In this document: positions 13,046 to 26,274 of the stretch, piece after piece
How positions within the stretch are numbered: position 1 is the stretch's first letter
How the letters are laid out: each line of letters starts with the position of its first letter
Assembly (NCBI GenBank): GCA_000934665.2
Contig: KZ538196.1
Span: 1 to 64,000, forward strand
Direction: 5' to 3'
Source: Catajapyx aquilonaris
Taxonomy: Eukaryota
DNA length: 64,000 nucleotides
The notes under the pieces: model-generated
Told to the model about the DNA's origin: nothing
Seen by the model: the letters and a program-made list of their open reading frames with translations, nothing else
The model's database searches: none
Program-made: the position numbers and the translations under genes

Positions 13046-13450
13046 TTTTGAGACTTTTTCTAATCGGAAAAAAATCTTATTCAATGTCTATGTCCGTCTG
13101 TGGACATGTATCAGGGCCTAAACCGCAAGAGATAGCGACAAACGGTTTTCGGATTCGGATTCAGCTGATCCTAAATAAGTGTCATGGCCAACTTTTTGTG
13201 ACCGGCCACTTCCGGGTTTCCGGGTTCACTCCATCCGCCAAGGTCAAATCTACATACGAGTAACCGTATCAATTGGGTTCCTTGTATTGGGTAAGTATTG
13301 GGTAAGTATTGGGTTGTATTGGGTTGTATTGGGAATGAGAAATGATACTGTTGCCCTCTAGAATATCGTATCGTATCGAGTTTGTCAGCCTAATTTCTCG
13401 CTACCCAATGAGAAAAAAAGTCTACTCGAATTATGCTCGAGTAATTTGCC
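13046..13450 (+). mobile_element. Helentron-associated (HINE/DINE-1-like) non-autonomous element, copy 1
   Basis: 5' AGACTTTTT subterminal repeat with a nearby inverted copy, a gtcc/gtct microsatellite remnant, and a 3' AAAAAGTCT followed by a short hairpin (ctcga...tcgag). Core shared with 26275-26622 and 44628-44918. Confidence 0.7.
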
Positions 13451-15383
13451 AATCTGGTTTCAAAAAAATGGCGTTTTCTCCCGTAGTCATAGAATCGCAT
13501 ATTCATTCCTAAACGAAAGGATTAGCTAAATCCACATTTTCAAATATTCAGTAAGTTCCACTATCCAGCATGAATTGTCCTGAAGTCGATTTTTTTGGGG
13601 ATTATGCTTATCCATGTTCAGATCATAAAAACCTCTTTATTAATAGGAAGAGAGATACGGTTGATCTACCGGAAAAATTATTGGCAGGTTTTATTCATAT
13701 TATTCATAAGGGCTGGTTTAGGTTTTTGTGATGAAAATGGCCCCCTCTGGTCATGTCTAGACTAGTATAGCTAAGCGGCTCGTGGCCCCGTGAAATGCCT
13801 CATTATTTGGAGGGGGTAACTCGCATTACATGGGTGCTTTGCATCACGTCATTTGTTAACGATAGTTTGTACTTGTAATTTTAAAGTTTGCAGCTTGTAC
13901 GTTTCAAATTATGTATGCTCCAAAAAAAAATATTTTGGACAAAACTGCACTTTTTAAAGGTGAAGGATTTATGCAAAAACGGTATAGATAACAACTATCA
14001 TTGTATTGGCGATAAAATACACGCTATTCCACACAACGCAAATTAAATTCACACTATTTCCAATCACCTCTGATAATTATGATGACACCAGAGGCAATCG
14101 GCAAAACGACACTTCAAAAATAAACTGATATCAGCATGGAAATCAATTATTGACATGTAATGCGCTGTACATATCCAGTGCAGTTACTGTTTGATATTAA
14201 ATAACATTAAAACAGCTGGTTAAATGTAACTAAGCGTGACGCATTCGAGTGTACACAGCACCTTAAACATTGAAATAATTGGCAATGTCAAATCCTTATT
14301 GAAAAAATCAGTCACTGTTTCAACATTTTAAAAAGAAGCTCAAACGAGTTTTTTTTTTGTACCAATCGACATGTCTTGTTGATTAGACTACCGTGAGTAA
14401 CGTTCAAAAAAAACGGTTGACAAGATAGCCACTTTTTTATTTTCAAAAAAAAAGCAACTTGGAAGGCGTCTGAAGGTAATTAACACAACCTGCTCGGATA
14501 GGTGGACGCTAATTGCAACTGCAGCCATTTATCTTGATGCTAATAAATTATCCTTGCGCCCAGGTAATTACATTCCAATTACGTCACAAAATTGTAATCT
14601 CTCGGCTTAGCTCCAAAAATTCATTCATCAAGTTCCCTCCCCCTCCCCCTCTCTCTACTTCCATAGCACCAACAAGAAACTTCTCTTGGGCTGTTCGGGG
14701 AGTTCCCCTTTTAATTCTGATCAATGTTTTAACATGCCTCGCAAAAAAAACGGGGCAGAAAAAAAAATCCTTTCATCCAACATGTTATAACTCCAGGGTG
14801 TTCTGCAATTTAAATATCTGCCTCCGCGGCTCCTTTGATGTCTGCCGGCCTTCCCTTTCTGTGCCCTTATATGGAAAACGAGCACACTTTGGAATGCAAA
14901 AGCGGTACTGGAGCGCTCTATTGGTACTGAAAATTGGGTAATGACAAAAAGTACGTAAATGAATCTTAGTCCTTCCAATAAAGCATGTATGAAAGTTCTA
15001 AATTGGCCTCCGAAATAATGAGGAAACGCAATATGAGTGGAGTAACAGTATTAAACGTGAGAGGGAGAGAAAAGAGCCAGAAGGGGAAAATGGTGGGTGG
15101 AGGGGGTTGGAAAAGACAATGCAAGGGATGCGCAGAATCCATGGACACTGTGTGTTTTTTTTCCTGCTGTGTGTACCAGTGTACCGGCATCCTGTTTTGC
15201 AGGTTGTCCTGTCAGGGCGTTGAGTTTTCAGAAATAAATTGGGGGATGATGAATTTTCAACCGAGTTATATATATATAGGGTGAGGTGAGTTATTCAACC
15301 TTCTGTTATAGTACCAGTCACTTCTTGTACAGTCGTTATTTTTCACTCTCAATTAAATCGAGTTATTTTCAGTTGGTGATGTA

Positions 15384-15545
15384 CAGTGTTGCACATAAAT
15401 CGAGGCCTACTGCTAGCGACATTTTCCGAAGCGGCAGAAGAAGGAATCGTAGATAAGGATACTGCAAGCCGGGCGAGCAAGATTCCTTCTTCTGTCGCTT
15501 CGGAAAATGTCGCTGGCAGTATGCCTCGATTTATGTCCAACATTG
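15384..15545. mobile_element. 162-bp hairpin MITE (Tc1/mariner-type, TA target), copy 1
   Basis: TA|CAGTG...CATTG|TA with near-perfect inverted arms of about 65 bp; homologous to 17089-17250. Confidence 0.85.
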
Positions 15546-15747
15546 TACTGGTGATTTGATGTGTTGTTTCAATGAATGCGACACGATTTTTGAACATATT
15601 TTATTTATGAATCGCGCTTAATTGCTGATTCGCCATTTTTTCGTAGAGCAAATGACATTTTAAAGATATTTACATGTAATTAACGCAAAAAAAAATCGCT
15701 CGTCCGGAAATTATTTCAGTGCCGATGAATATTTAAGCAATTCAAGG

Positions 15748-15838
15748 AACCTAACCTAACCTAACCTAACCTAACCTAACCTAACCTAACCTACCCTAAC
15801 CCTACCCTAACCTAACCCTAACCTAACCTAACCTAACC
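15748..15838 (-). repeat. Interstitial telomere-like array (TTAGG)n with TTAGGG variants
   Basis: (CCTAA)n on the plus strand, about 17 units, with some CCCTAA/CCCTA variants. Confidence 0.9.
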
Positions 15839-17088
15839 CATGGAACACTCAAGTTGAGCCGAATAGTAAGTTAATTTGACAATTTAGTATTATCTCTCAA
15901 AATCAACTGCAAAAAATATTGTGATAAATATTGATAGGCAGTTGTACTCGAAATCATTGAATGTGCAAAACTCACTGTTCAGATAATTTTTTTTGCGATT
16001 TTTGCTCCCATCATTGGGTTGGTTTGTATCACAAGATAAACTAGGGCCCGATTCGTAAATTAACACATAAATGACATCCCAGTTTTTTAAGTGGAAAAAA
16101 ACCTTGTTTATACCCATCTCCCTGTTGCCGAATCCTTTTTCCTGTTTGCTCCTCTCAGCCTGTGTTTTCAAGCTGCCTTTCTCACGTCGGCAGGTAATAA
16201 AAATCTCCTAAAACACAAACCACAATCCCACCTGAGACAGAAAATTAACCCCTCTCCACAACCTCCCCCCACCCCCCCTTTTACGATCGCACATTTCTTT
16301 TTCTTCCACACCACCTTATAAACCCCCCCCCAAAAGAAAAACTAGACCAGCTGGCTAATTGCGTTTCTTTTTTAACAAATAAAGGGGGAGAAACAATACT
16401 CTTGTTTGAAAAAAGAAGTTGAGGATTGTTGAGGAGTCTCGAAGGGCAATCTTCGCCTTTCTGACACCAACCCCCCTCCTTATTTTTTTTTTTTTTTTTT
16501 TTGGGGGGGGGGGGGGGGGGGGAGGACCTCCAAAATCCACCTGTGCTTTTTCAACCAAACCCCGACTGGGCCACTCCAAAAAGTCCTCTAGGCGCTCCAA
16601 TTAGCTAACGAGCCTAGTCTAAACAAGGCAGGTTGAATATGCCGTCGAGTGATGAACCGACCTTTTCCAATAAATTCGGGCATAAAAGTCGGTCCCACGA
16701 GACTTATTAACATGAGAAATTACTATAATTTTCGCCTTTAATAGATAGCTACCCTCCAAGTGTGATTGTTTTTTTTCCTGTCAGTAACGGGGGCTGGGGG
16801 GGGGGGGGGTTGACTGTAATTAAATTCGTCATCTTTCTGACAGGTCACAAGAAAGGTAGGTGCTACCATCTGTCGCCAGCATATGAATTCACAAATTGCA
16901 AAAAATTAAATCAACATAATTACATTATGAAAATTTCTAAATGAATAAACCATGTACAATATTAATTTACTGTGTATATTTTCTCGATTTTATTTATTTG
17001 TATCTATATTTTATATATTGTATTTATATTTATTTATATTTATTAAAAATAAAAATTTAGAAAATATAAACTGCGAATTACTCTTGTA

Positions 17089-17250
17089 CAGTGCTGACCA
17101 ATAATCGAGGCAACGACTAGCGACATTTTTCCGAAGCGGCAGAAGAAGGAATCGAAGATAAGCATGCTACAAGCCGGGCGAGCCAGATTCCTTCTTCTGC
17201 CGCTTCGGAAAAATGTCGCTAGTCGTTGCCTCGATTATTGGCCAGCATTG
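17089..17250. mobile_element. 162-bp hairpin MITE, copy 2
   Basis: TA|CAGTG...CATTG|TA; same spacer (…aagccgggcgagc…) as copy 1. Confidence 0.85.
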
Positions 17251-17666
17251 TACAGCTGGTTCATTCATCAGAAATTTTCATAACGGCATATGTTGATTGA
17301 TCGATAGATATAAATATAAACATATTTAAATTTGTCGAAGTACGTAAAAATTGAATTAAGATAAATTCGTTTATAAAATTGTTCATTAATATAAAATAAA
17401 ACATTAATATTTACTATTTATTGTTCATATTTTCTATAGATTTTGTTATTTGTCCATATTTTTTGTTCGTATTTATTGTGTTTATTGTACGTAACATTTT
17501 CTATCCGTGCAATGTACAGAAATTGCTCACTGACGTCCCTGTAATAATTGTTTTCGTCGTTAAAGGCCATTGTTGCCAATGTCAGCTGCGATATTCCTAC
17601 CCTAACTTGAAAGGGTTGAATAAACTCAAAAAGTGATTTTAGAGATAATTTCCCCCCCCCCCCCTC

Positions 17667-17908
17667 NNNNNNNNNNNNNNNNNNNNNNNNNNNNNNNNNN
17701 NNNNNNNNNNNNNNNNNNNNNNNNNNNNNNNNNNNNNNNNNNNNNNNNNNNNNNNNNNNNNNNNNNNNNNNNNNNNNNNNNNNNNNNNNNNNNNNNNNNN
17801 NNNNNNNNNNNNNNNNNNNNNNNNNNNNNNNNNNNNNNNNNNNNNNNNNNNNNNNNNNNNNNNNNNNNNNNNNNNNNNNNNNNNNNNNNNNNNNNNNNNN
17901 NNNNNNNN
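17667..17908. other. Assembly gap (242 N) between poly-C and poly-G runs
   Basis: N run. Smaller gaps at 12591-12602, 26859-26863 and 55960 also abut G/C homopolymers. Confidence 0.99.
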
Positions 17909-18206
17909 GGGGGGGGGGGGGGGGGATGCCTTTTTTTCCCACTGATCGCAGATAAACGACACTCTGCGGATGGCATGGCCTGCTCTTCTAGATTATTTAT
18001 CATCGGAACAGGACCGGTCTAGGAGATAGATACACGCACTATTTTTATCCGAACCGCTAGTACTGATGAAATTAGCATATAGCTGTTCCACGGTAACCTG
18101 GACAAACAAACAAACTTGGACTTTTATATATGTTTGTTTTGAGTATGTCGATTAATCATTAATGGCTGGTTTGTCGTTGGGTAGAAGACATTGTACGTAC
18201 AATCAC

Positions 18207-18303
18207 TGGGTTGAATTTTCGTCCTACTGCTAATCAGTGTTGGCAGTGGTCGCCTACTGCTAAGTTAGCAGTAACTGTAACAGCGAGACGAAAATTCAAC
18301 CCA
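18207..18303. mobile_element. ~97-bp MITE; related copy at about 34108-34232
   Basis: 17-bp TIR TGGGTTGAATTTTCGTC / GACGAAAATTCAACCCA. The internal ctactgctaagttagcagtaact motif recurs at about 34185-34218. Confidence 0.7.
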
Positions 18304-21300
18304 TTATCTGTATGGGAGTGTAAATTTATCACTTATTTCCCACCATATGAGGTTGCAACATGGGTATACTGGCAGTGACACATAGTGATCAATATAAGGC
18401 AGGCAGATTATACATTTCCTGGCAAATTGCAAAAGCCCAGTGCTCCTCCCCAGGCATGGTGCTGCTGCTATCCGACCAGTCAAAACCCGAAAAGACAACC
18501 GGATCCTGATCAAAGGACACTTCCGCCGCGGACATTTCCTGAGGCTCGAAGGTCTTTGTTTCTGACACCCAAACTCCCCACCCACCCCCACTCTGGAAGT
18601 CACCCCCCATCCCATTCCCCCCATTTGCTCTAATCGCAGAGACCTCCTGGGGGCAGGGTTCATGGAATAGAGAAAGAACCTCATCCAATATCAACCCCCC
18701 CTCTCAGTCTAGTATAGTGCTGAAACCCAGGGTTCACTTGGTTGGAAAATGGGGGATGGATCGGCCAGGCGGAAGAAAATCGCTATAACAAAATTGTACT
18801 GTGCAGCAGCAGGTCCTCAGAGGAAACACCCAAGGGGTGATAATCTCATCTAGTTTGTGCGCTCATCCCCTCTCACTTTTTTTAAAGTATCATTTTAGAG
18901 CAGGGGGAGAATTACCAGCCACATGTCCTCTCGAAGAAAAAAAAAAGGTGTACGCAACTATCAGAACTCTAGCAAGGTGATGGTTAGGGTAAGGAATATT
19001 TTCCCTTCAATTGTTGGTTGCATAGCCACAGGATATGTTGGCAGAGGGGGAAGAAAATCTTTAAAACTCTGGCTTCTATGATATTGAAATCCTTCGTTGT
19101 TTCGATATTGTCACCGCGACACTTTCGATTGGCCCCCTGCACACAACAAACAGTGTCCTTTTGTTGACACTGTTTACTCATATTGTTGAGATCATTTCCA
19201 TCATGGAAACTTTGGAAAGTTCTGAAGTGCATTCTAGGATGCCCTTTGACTAGATAGATGTGGGACGGCAATTAACAATATGTCCTCCACCACCGAAAGC
19301 CGCAGGCCTAGAAAAAAGCGAGCGAAGCGAGCGACTTTCTTGGCCTGCGTCCTATAGAAAAATGTGAGCCTAGCGAGGTCTTTTCGATAGTTTTAAAATA
19401 AAGTCTGTTTGTCCAGGTTGAGTCATCAGCTAAGTTCATGTATAGTACCACTACCCTTCGCACGATCCTGAGAGTGGCAATAGTATGCAGAGAGTGAGGA
19501 TATTGCACTACATCAGCAGTTTTGCCAAGTTTTAGAGAACTAAATCGTTAGTACTCGTATTTTGGAAAGTACTCGTATGTGTATTAATTCGTGTATATTA
19601 ATAACAATAAATGTGGACTTGCAGGAATGTCTGAAATAGTTGTCAGAGTGTCGACCACAATCCAAGGTGAATTATCCTTGAAGGTCAGTCCCCCACCCTT
19701 GTAATATGTATGGTCTTCGTGTCATCATCAGCAATTATTGGAGTCAAGTCTACCTAATAATTATCTACACATTGTCCCAGTCCAAGACCTTTTATTATTT
19801 TATAACGTTAAATGGGATCATAAAAGGCAAAAAGTGACCCAATGCGTCACAAAGAGAAGCCATCAAGATTATTTGTTACCTAAATGAATAGCCTCCAAAG
19901 ACCTGACTCCCCCAACAATGGAGGCGGGGGAGATGTTATGGATTGTTGACTCCGGAAAACAAGTTTGAAGAGCCGCAGAAATCACGACAAGCGGATCCGT
20001 TTTATTAATATGATTTCAAGTGATGAATTTTTTTGTCCTGTTTCTCCCCTTAAAGTATAGCGTCCAATAATTTAAGTGAAATTACTCTTTAAAGTTAAGT
20101 ACACTCACTTGACTTAATCAGCATTCAATTTGAAGATATGGGTAAGTCTACTGTGTGAATGACAATGCAATTCATTTGAATTGAATTAAATCCGCAATTA
20201 CTTAAAGATTAGATAAATTTAGAGAATTTATGTCTGATGACTTAATAAACAGAAACCGACTCAAATTGACCTCATTTTTCAAAGGAAATCTAGAAACTGT
20301 AGCTAAATAAAACATTTAAAATAATGCTAAAATAAATTAAAATAAAACAACTATACAACTTATAACAAATACCACCCTAGGTGACTTCTTGTTGACCCCA
20401 TGTATTTATACATCCCGAGTCACTGATTCAACCCACACAAAAAAAAGGTGAGCAAGCAAACGTATAATTAAGGTTGAAACCGTGAGGGACATACAACCTG
20501 GTCTTTTGTGTGCCACCCAAGTGGCAATCCGGTAACCGCCGGTAGTATTTTCACCCACGGATTCTCTCTCTTTCTCCACTCCATATTTTTATGGCCTCCA
20601 CCTGGGCGATATTGTCTCCCCTTAACTACCTCTAGCTCATTACTAGCATCATAATTGAAGGGGGGGGGGGGCGCTCAGATCCAATTTGACTGGTTTCCGT
20701 CAGGTGAGATATCGACTTCCCTTTTCTTCGAGAGAGTTTGGTTATAGCTTTCGTTTTTTGAACAAAAAGACTTCTGCAATCTCCATAATAATTGTCTCCA
20801 TTAGTCTTTCTGTGGACTTATGCACTTCTTGGGCTTCTGAAGCTTTTAAGGTCAGACGCTTGCTGGCGCTGGGATTGCCCTTATGTGCCGACATCTGTTG
20901 CGGAGGTTTGGGACTGGCTGATCATCATTTGTGACCTTGGTGACTTGGTGATTATTATACCGGCCGGTGTGTGCAACATACAGCAAAATTTACTGACAAA
21001 ATTGTAATCAAGATTAACCACAATAACTTGGCGCCGGTTGCACCATTCACGTCAGATATAACATGGATTTAATGTTTATTCACAGAAGTTGACAACAGTG
21101 ATATAACAAATGGTCGCACCTCTTAATATAACTTAATGACGAAAAATTTACTTAGAGTTTTACTTATGATAATCCCTCGTTACAGAGCGGTGCTCATGGG
21201 GGATAATAACTGTAGATAGATAATAAGAAACAATAACTGTTGGTTAGATTTTATTTGCTTTTAGCTGTTTTAAATTAAATAGCAATATTTTACAAGTTTC

Positions 21301-22392
21301 AACTCATCACATTTGCCAGCATTGCGTGTTATTAATGTTATTAATCATATTAATTGTGTCATTAATTAGGCTCATCAGTTGTCAACATAATTTTTATTTT
21401 ATTTTATTTTATTTATTTTACCCCGTTGGGCTTCAGTTGTCAATATAATAAGATTAATAACAAAGGCAAGCACGTTTTTTTTAAAAAAAAAGTGGTTTAT
21501 TTTAGTTGCAATGAGTTCTTATCGAGGTTATTATTTAATATAAGAATAACCAACAGAACTGATTATGACAATCACTAGTAACGAGTCGCTAAATGTAGAT
21601 GACATAATCAGCATTAATTTTAGTTAGTTAAATTCTGGGCAAATCGTCCAAATGGAGTGGTTCAACTCGACCTAAGAAGCACCACTTCAATTATTTTTAT
21701 CAATATCAATGAGTAACCAGATATCACAAATAATATAACTGCTGAACTCATTTTATTACCTATTATTGTAATTATTTATAATTTTATTAGAAATGCATGC
21801 CTAAAAACCGTATGACTGTGAGCAAGTGGAAATGGTGTGAAGTGACGATTTGTTCTGCCTAGCAACCACGTTAAAGCGATGCAATCATACCCTTTCATCC
21901 AAAATGCTACTTTAATTGTTGTAAATTTAAAGTTATTAAAAACTGATTGCTGGAGTATAATCCACTTGCAAGTGGACTGTTGGCAACCCTGTATTTTGGA
22001 CACCCTGATTTTCTGAAATGTGCAAAACTTTCCCCCTTCCCAAGTTTGCAAGAAGGCCGCTTTTCGAGGGAGAGGATGGGTCACGTTCACATACACACAC
22101 ACACACACACACAAGCTTCCACCCCCATCGTAATCATCGTCATGGTTAATTTGGCTCCTTATTATTCTCAGAGACTAAAGTTAACGCAATTAAATTCTCG
22201 CCAGCAGACCATCAGTTCCTCCCCCCCCCCCTCCCTTTCCAACCTGCAATTTTTTTTGCACAACTTTACCACACAAAAAAACATCAAATTTGCGCTCATA
22301 AATGTGGAATGTTTATTGCTTCATTTTGGGATAATAATCAAGGGCTATGTTAAGTGCATATTGGTCCCACAGTATATAGTTTACCAGGGGGT

Positions 22393-22436
22393 TTATTTCT
22401 TGTACTGATGGCTCTCGGTACCACCTCTGCCGTAAC
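22393..22436 (-). CDS. CRIP: CRIP exon 3, (G)YGRGGTESHQYKK*
   Basis: Acceptor cttttatccgcAG, phase 1. Encodes the conserved CRIP glycine-rich tail G[FY]GRGG.ESH. TAA stop at 22393-22395. Confidence 0.93.
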
Positions 22437-22454
22437 CTGCGGATAAAAAGAGGA

Positions 22455-23230
22455 CATTCATTTATTATTTGCCGGTATTTATTTTTATTACATTTATTAC
22501 TTTTAGTACTTATAATATATTTATATATATTTTTATTACTGTTATTACTTATAATTTAGTTTAAATATTTTTATTACTTTTAGTATTTATTATTCATTTC
22601 TTTATATTCTCTGCATTTTTATTACTTTTAGTATTTATTATTCATTTCTTTATATTCTCTATATTTTTATTACTGTTAATATTTATTACTTTTATTACTG
22701 TTAATATTTATTATTAAATTCTTTATATTTAATAATTATTAATTTCTTTATATTAAATAATAATAATCAATTTCTTTATAGTAATAATAATTATCAATTT
22801 CTTTATATTAATAGTTATTATTAAATTCTTTATATTTAATAATAATTATTAATTTCTTTATATTAAATCAGTAATAATAATTATTAATGTCTTTATATTA
22901 ATAGTTATTATTAATTTCTTTACATTAGTTATTATTAATTTCTTTACATTAGTTATTATTAATTTCTTTATATTAATAGTTATTATTAATTTCTTTACAT
23001 TAGTTATTATTCTTTTATTACTTTTAGTATTTATTATTCTTTTATTACTTTTATTACTTTTAGTATTTATTATTCTTTTATTACTTTTATTACTTTTAGT
23101 ATTTCTACTATTTTATTACTTTTAGTATTTCTACTATTTTATTACTTTTATTACTTTTAGTATTTCTACTATTTTATTACTTTTATAACTTTTAGTATTT
23201 CTACTATTTTATTACCTTTATGCTTTGTTA
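22455..23230. repeat. Extremely AT-rich low-complexity minisatellite in CRIP intron 2
   Basis: Reiterated ttttattacttttagtatt and attattaatttctttatatta units. Confidence 0.9.
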
Positions 23231-24783
23231 TTTCTGGTACCGTATTTTTTTAGTTTTATGAATATATTTATTAATATATCCTTGTATAACACAAGTAAAC
23301 ATTAGTACAAGTGTCCTATATATAGGACGCGATGTTCGTAGGATTAAACCGAGTTTCACTTTTAAAGTTACACAACCTTTGTGAATACGACCATTTGTGA
23401 CGTCATTTTTAAACGTCGCTGTTTAAATCCAACTCTTTCTGAATCGCACGCGTGCCTTAAAATGGCGATCTTGCTTTACTGCCTTCGCCATTATTTTTTG
23501 GCGAAAAGGAGCTAGCCTACGGTCCCCTCCGAGGGAAAATAAGGAGCCTGGTAATGACTCGTACCCCGCGAGACTCCTGAGGCTATATTAAAAGGGGTAA
23601 TTATCGCCTCTCAGCCGTCTGCAGGCCCCGCAAATGGGCCGCGATAATCACAGTTATTTTCTCCACCCCCTCCTCACACCCTTCCCGAGACCTTTCCACA
23701 CAACTCCTGAGGGATAACAAGGGGGTTGGGGGGGAAGGGAAACAGAGTTGCCCAAGAAAAGGGGACTCATTAATGTCCACTTTTTTTTTATCAACCTTGC
23801 TAAAAATCACTACCGCGGTCAATTTTGCACCTCACATGTTGTTTTTTTTGTGCAAAGATGGCGGCGCCAAATTTTCCCGCCGGCCAATTCGTGCAGAAAT
23901 TTTGGAGTGGCATCGATTTTTGCACACATCAAAGGAAAAAGGTTGAACGCTTCGCTATACAAAGTGCGTCGGTATGATCCAACCCTCACATGAAAAAAAA
24001 AATGAAAAAAAAATGTAGCCTCCCCCCTCCCTCCCCCCAATTAGGATGGCCACCCCCCACCCTAGCCTCCATCGTTGGATCAGAAGGTTATAGGTATTTT
24101 TGCTGTAATTAGCGCACGGAATTTCACTCGTCGGAAATGCAAGTTCCTTCGTTAGAGGCACGGGTATAGTTTGGTATAGGGGGAGGCTGGAAATACAAAA
24201 TATATAGGCCAGGTCAACATCAAAGAGTTTGCAACTGTTGGAGCCAGAATTATATTTTTTTGGAGGGGGAGGGGCAACAAGCATTGAACTTTTTTTTGTA
24301 ATGTGCAAAGCTGATTCGCGACTGACCATTTCTGCGTGCAAAATCAAAAAAAAAAGAAGAGAGGACGATGTACGGAAATTAATAAAAATTAGATGCGATT
24401 TGCTGGAATTGGACTGTTGGATTTTTTTTGCGTCAAATTAGTAGGCGAGATACGCATGCGCGAGCGGACAGTACGCGCATGCGCAGAACGCCTTTTATCT
24501 TTGGAAATTACCTTTTCTTATACGATCGGCGATCGGATGAAATGAGCGCCATATTTGTATTTTTTCTGATCTCATTAAATTTAATTTTAATTTTTAAAGT
24601 AATACCTCCTGCAGTTCTACGCATGCGCATATTTTATCCTCTTTAAAGTATGCGCATGCTCAGAACTCCGCTTCTCTTTGGAAACATGGCCTGTTCTTAT
24701 GATTTGAGGGAAAGAGTGCCATATTTGATGCTCTGATATAATTAAATTTACTTTTTTAATTATTAAATTTTTATAGTTAATAC

Positions 24784-24936
24784 CTCCTGGCCCGAACATG
24801 GCGCCGTAACATGGCACGTTACAATAGGGCTTCCCTTCGTGCTCAGCATGGCTTCCAGGTGTCAAGGTCTTGTTACACTTCTCGCACTTGAGACAGGCCG
24901 CGTGCCAGTCCTTTCCCAGCGAGGTCTTCCTTTCAG
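24784..24936 (-). CDS. CRIP: CRIP exon 2, LIM domain body
   Basis: (A)[50 protein letters not shown]. 153 nt, phase 1->1, with ttttgtAG acceptor and GT donor. Confidence 0.96.
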
Positions 24937-26274
24937 CTACAAAATAAACAAACATAATAAGCTACATACAATCTGGACAATTAAAATGTATTAATTAAAA
25001 TTAAGCCAAAAACACTAGGAAAATATGACATATTAATACAATTTTTTTTCAGTAGAAGTTGATACAACTGCTCATATGCAGTCACTTATCACATTACGTA
25101 ACTGTATCTAACAGGATATATGCGGCGGCGCCTATTTTAAGTGTTAGTCACGTGTAATCATCACAAAAAAACCAACCCTACATCATCTCTTATCACATAT
25201 TACACACTTTACTCTGACAGTTGAAATTTCTCACGCGATCCATTACGTAACCTTCCACTTTCGCCTTAAAAAAATACGAACAAAATTTTTATAACCACTC
25301 CCCCCCCCCCAAAAAAAAATTTCTTATTGTTTCCATCATTTACCCCAAAGGCAACTTCTGGTGTTTATGACGTCCTTTTTTCCCCTAGCTCTTGTTAGAC
25401 TTTTTTTTTTTGGGGGGGGGGGGTCCTAATTATTACCCCCACTCGATCCGGTTGCTAATTAAGTCCCGATGACACAATGCTCTTTTCATCATTCGTTTCG
25501 ACCCAGGACTGTCTTGAATTCGCTCGCAAAAAAAAACGCCTCCGGACAGTAAAAAAGTTGTCCCCCAAACTGTCCCTTCAACAATGCACCATTGTGCAAT
25601 TTTTTTGCACATTTTTTTCGGCAAAAAAACAGGGTATGATATGATGCAGATTATGCAGACAGGTGCAAAGTCCTGATTTTCAAGTGATTGATAGGACGGA
25701 TCAGCATGTAATAGTTGGCCTTATTTCCAACACTTTTTAAAGTCAGATAAAAAAACTTGAGGTGTGATAAAACAGGACCGATTTGGCAACCGAGGATTAG
25801 CACCTAGCGAGGCCACCTGTACAAAAAAAAAGGTTCCTCCGCAGGTGGAATTTCACCTGGGTCCTACCAACCTTTCAAAGTTTACGAGGCCTGTTTGGGT
25901 TGGGCAGCCTGTACTTGGGTTAATGAATTTCCGGCGAAAAACCCCGCACTTATCTGAAGAAAAATAGGAGGCCACCACCCACTTCCGGTTCATCCCAATA
26001 GTACCGCCCACTACAGTACTACTTCCGTAATCCAATAGCTATTTTGAGGAGTAAGCAGTGGGAATCGTATAACCTGCTGTCAATCAACGTCACTTATTCA
26101 TAGTACGGTATAGCACAATATCAGCAATGTACGGCCAAATAGTGTATACAAATTTATTGCGACTTGCTTAGCAATGACGGTTGAACTTACCTCAAACATG
26201 GATACTCACTTCACATGTGAACGACTTGCAATAATGTCATCAAGAACAAGTGACGCGAATAATAAACCAGATTG

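Noticed and set aside
17418..18022. ORFs spanning the N gap
   Set aside because: Artefacts of undetermined bases.
20230..20262. CTGATGA...GAAAC hammerhead-like core
   Set aside because: Stem II and the flanking stems cannot pair.
18984..21060. Cys-containing ORF 18984-19271 and a signal-peptide-like stretch near 20960-21050 (minus strand)
   Set aside because: No coherent exon chain, early stops and no recognisable family.
26186..26199. ATGTTTGAG|GTAAGT on the minus strand as a CRIP first exon
   Set aside because: Phase 0 is incompatible with exon 2 (phase 1); the true exon 1 is at 28585-28624.
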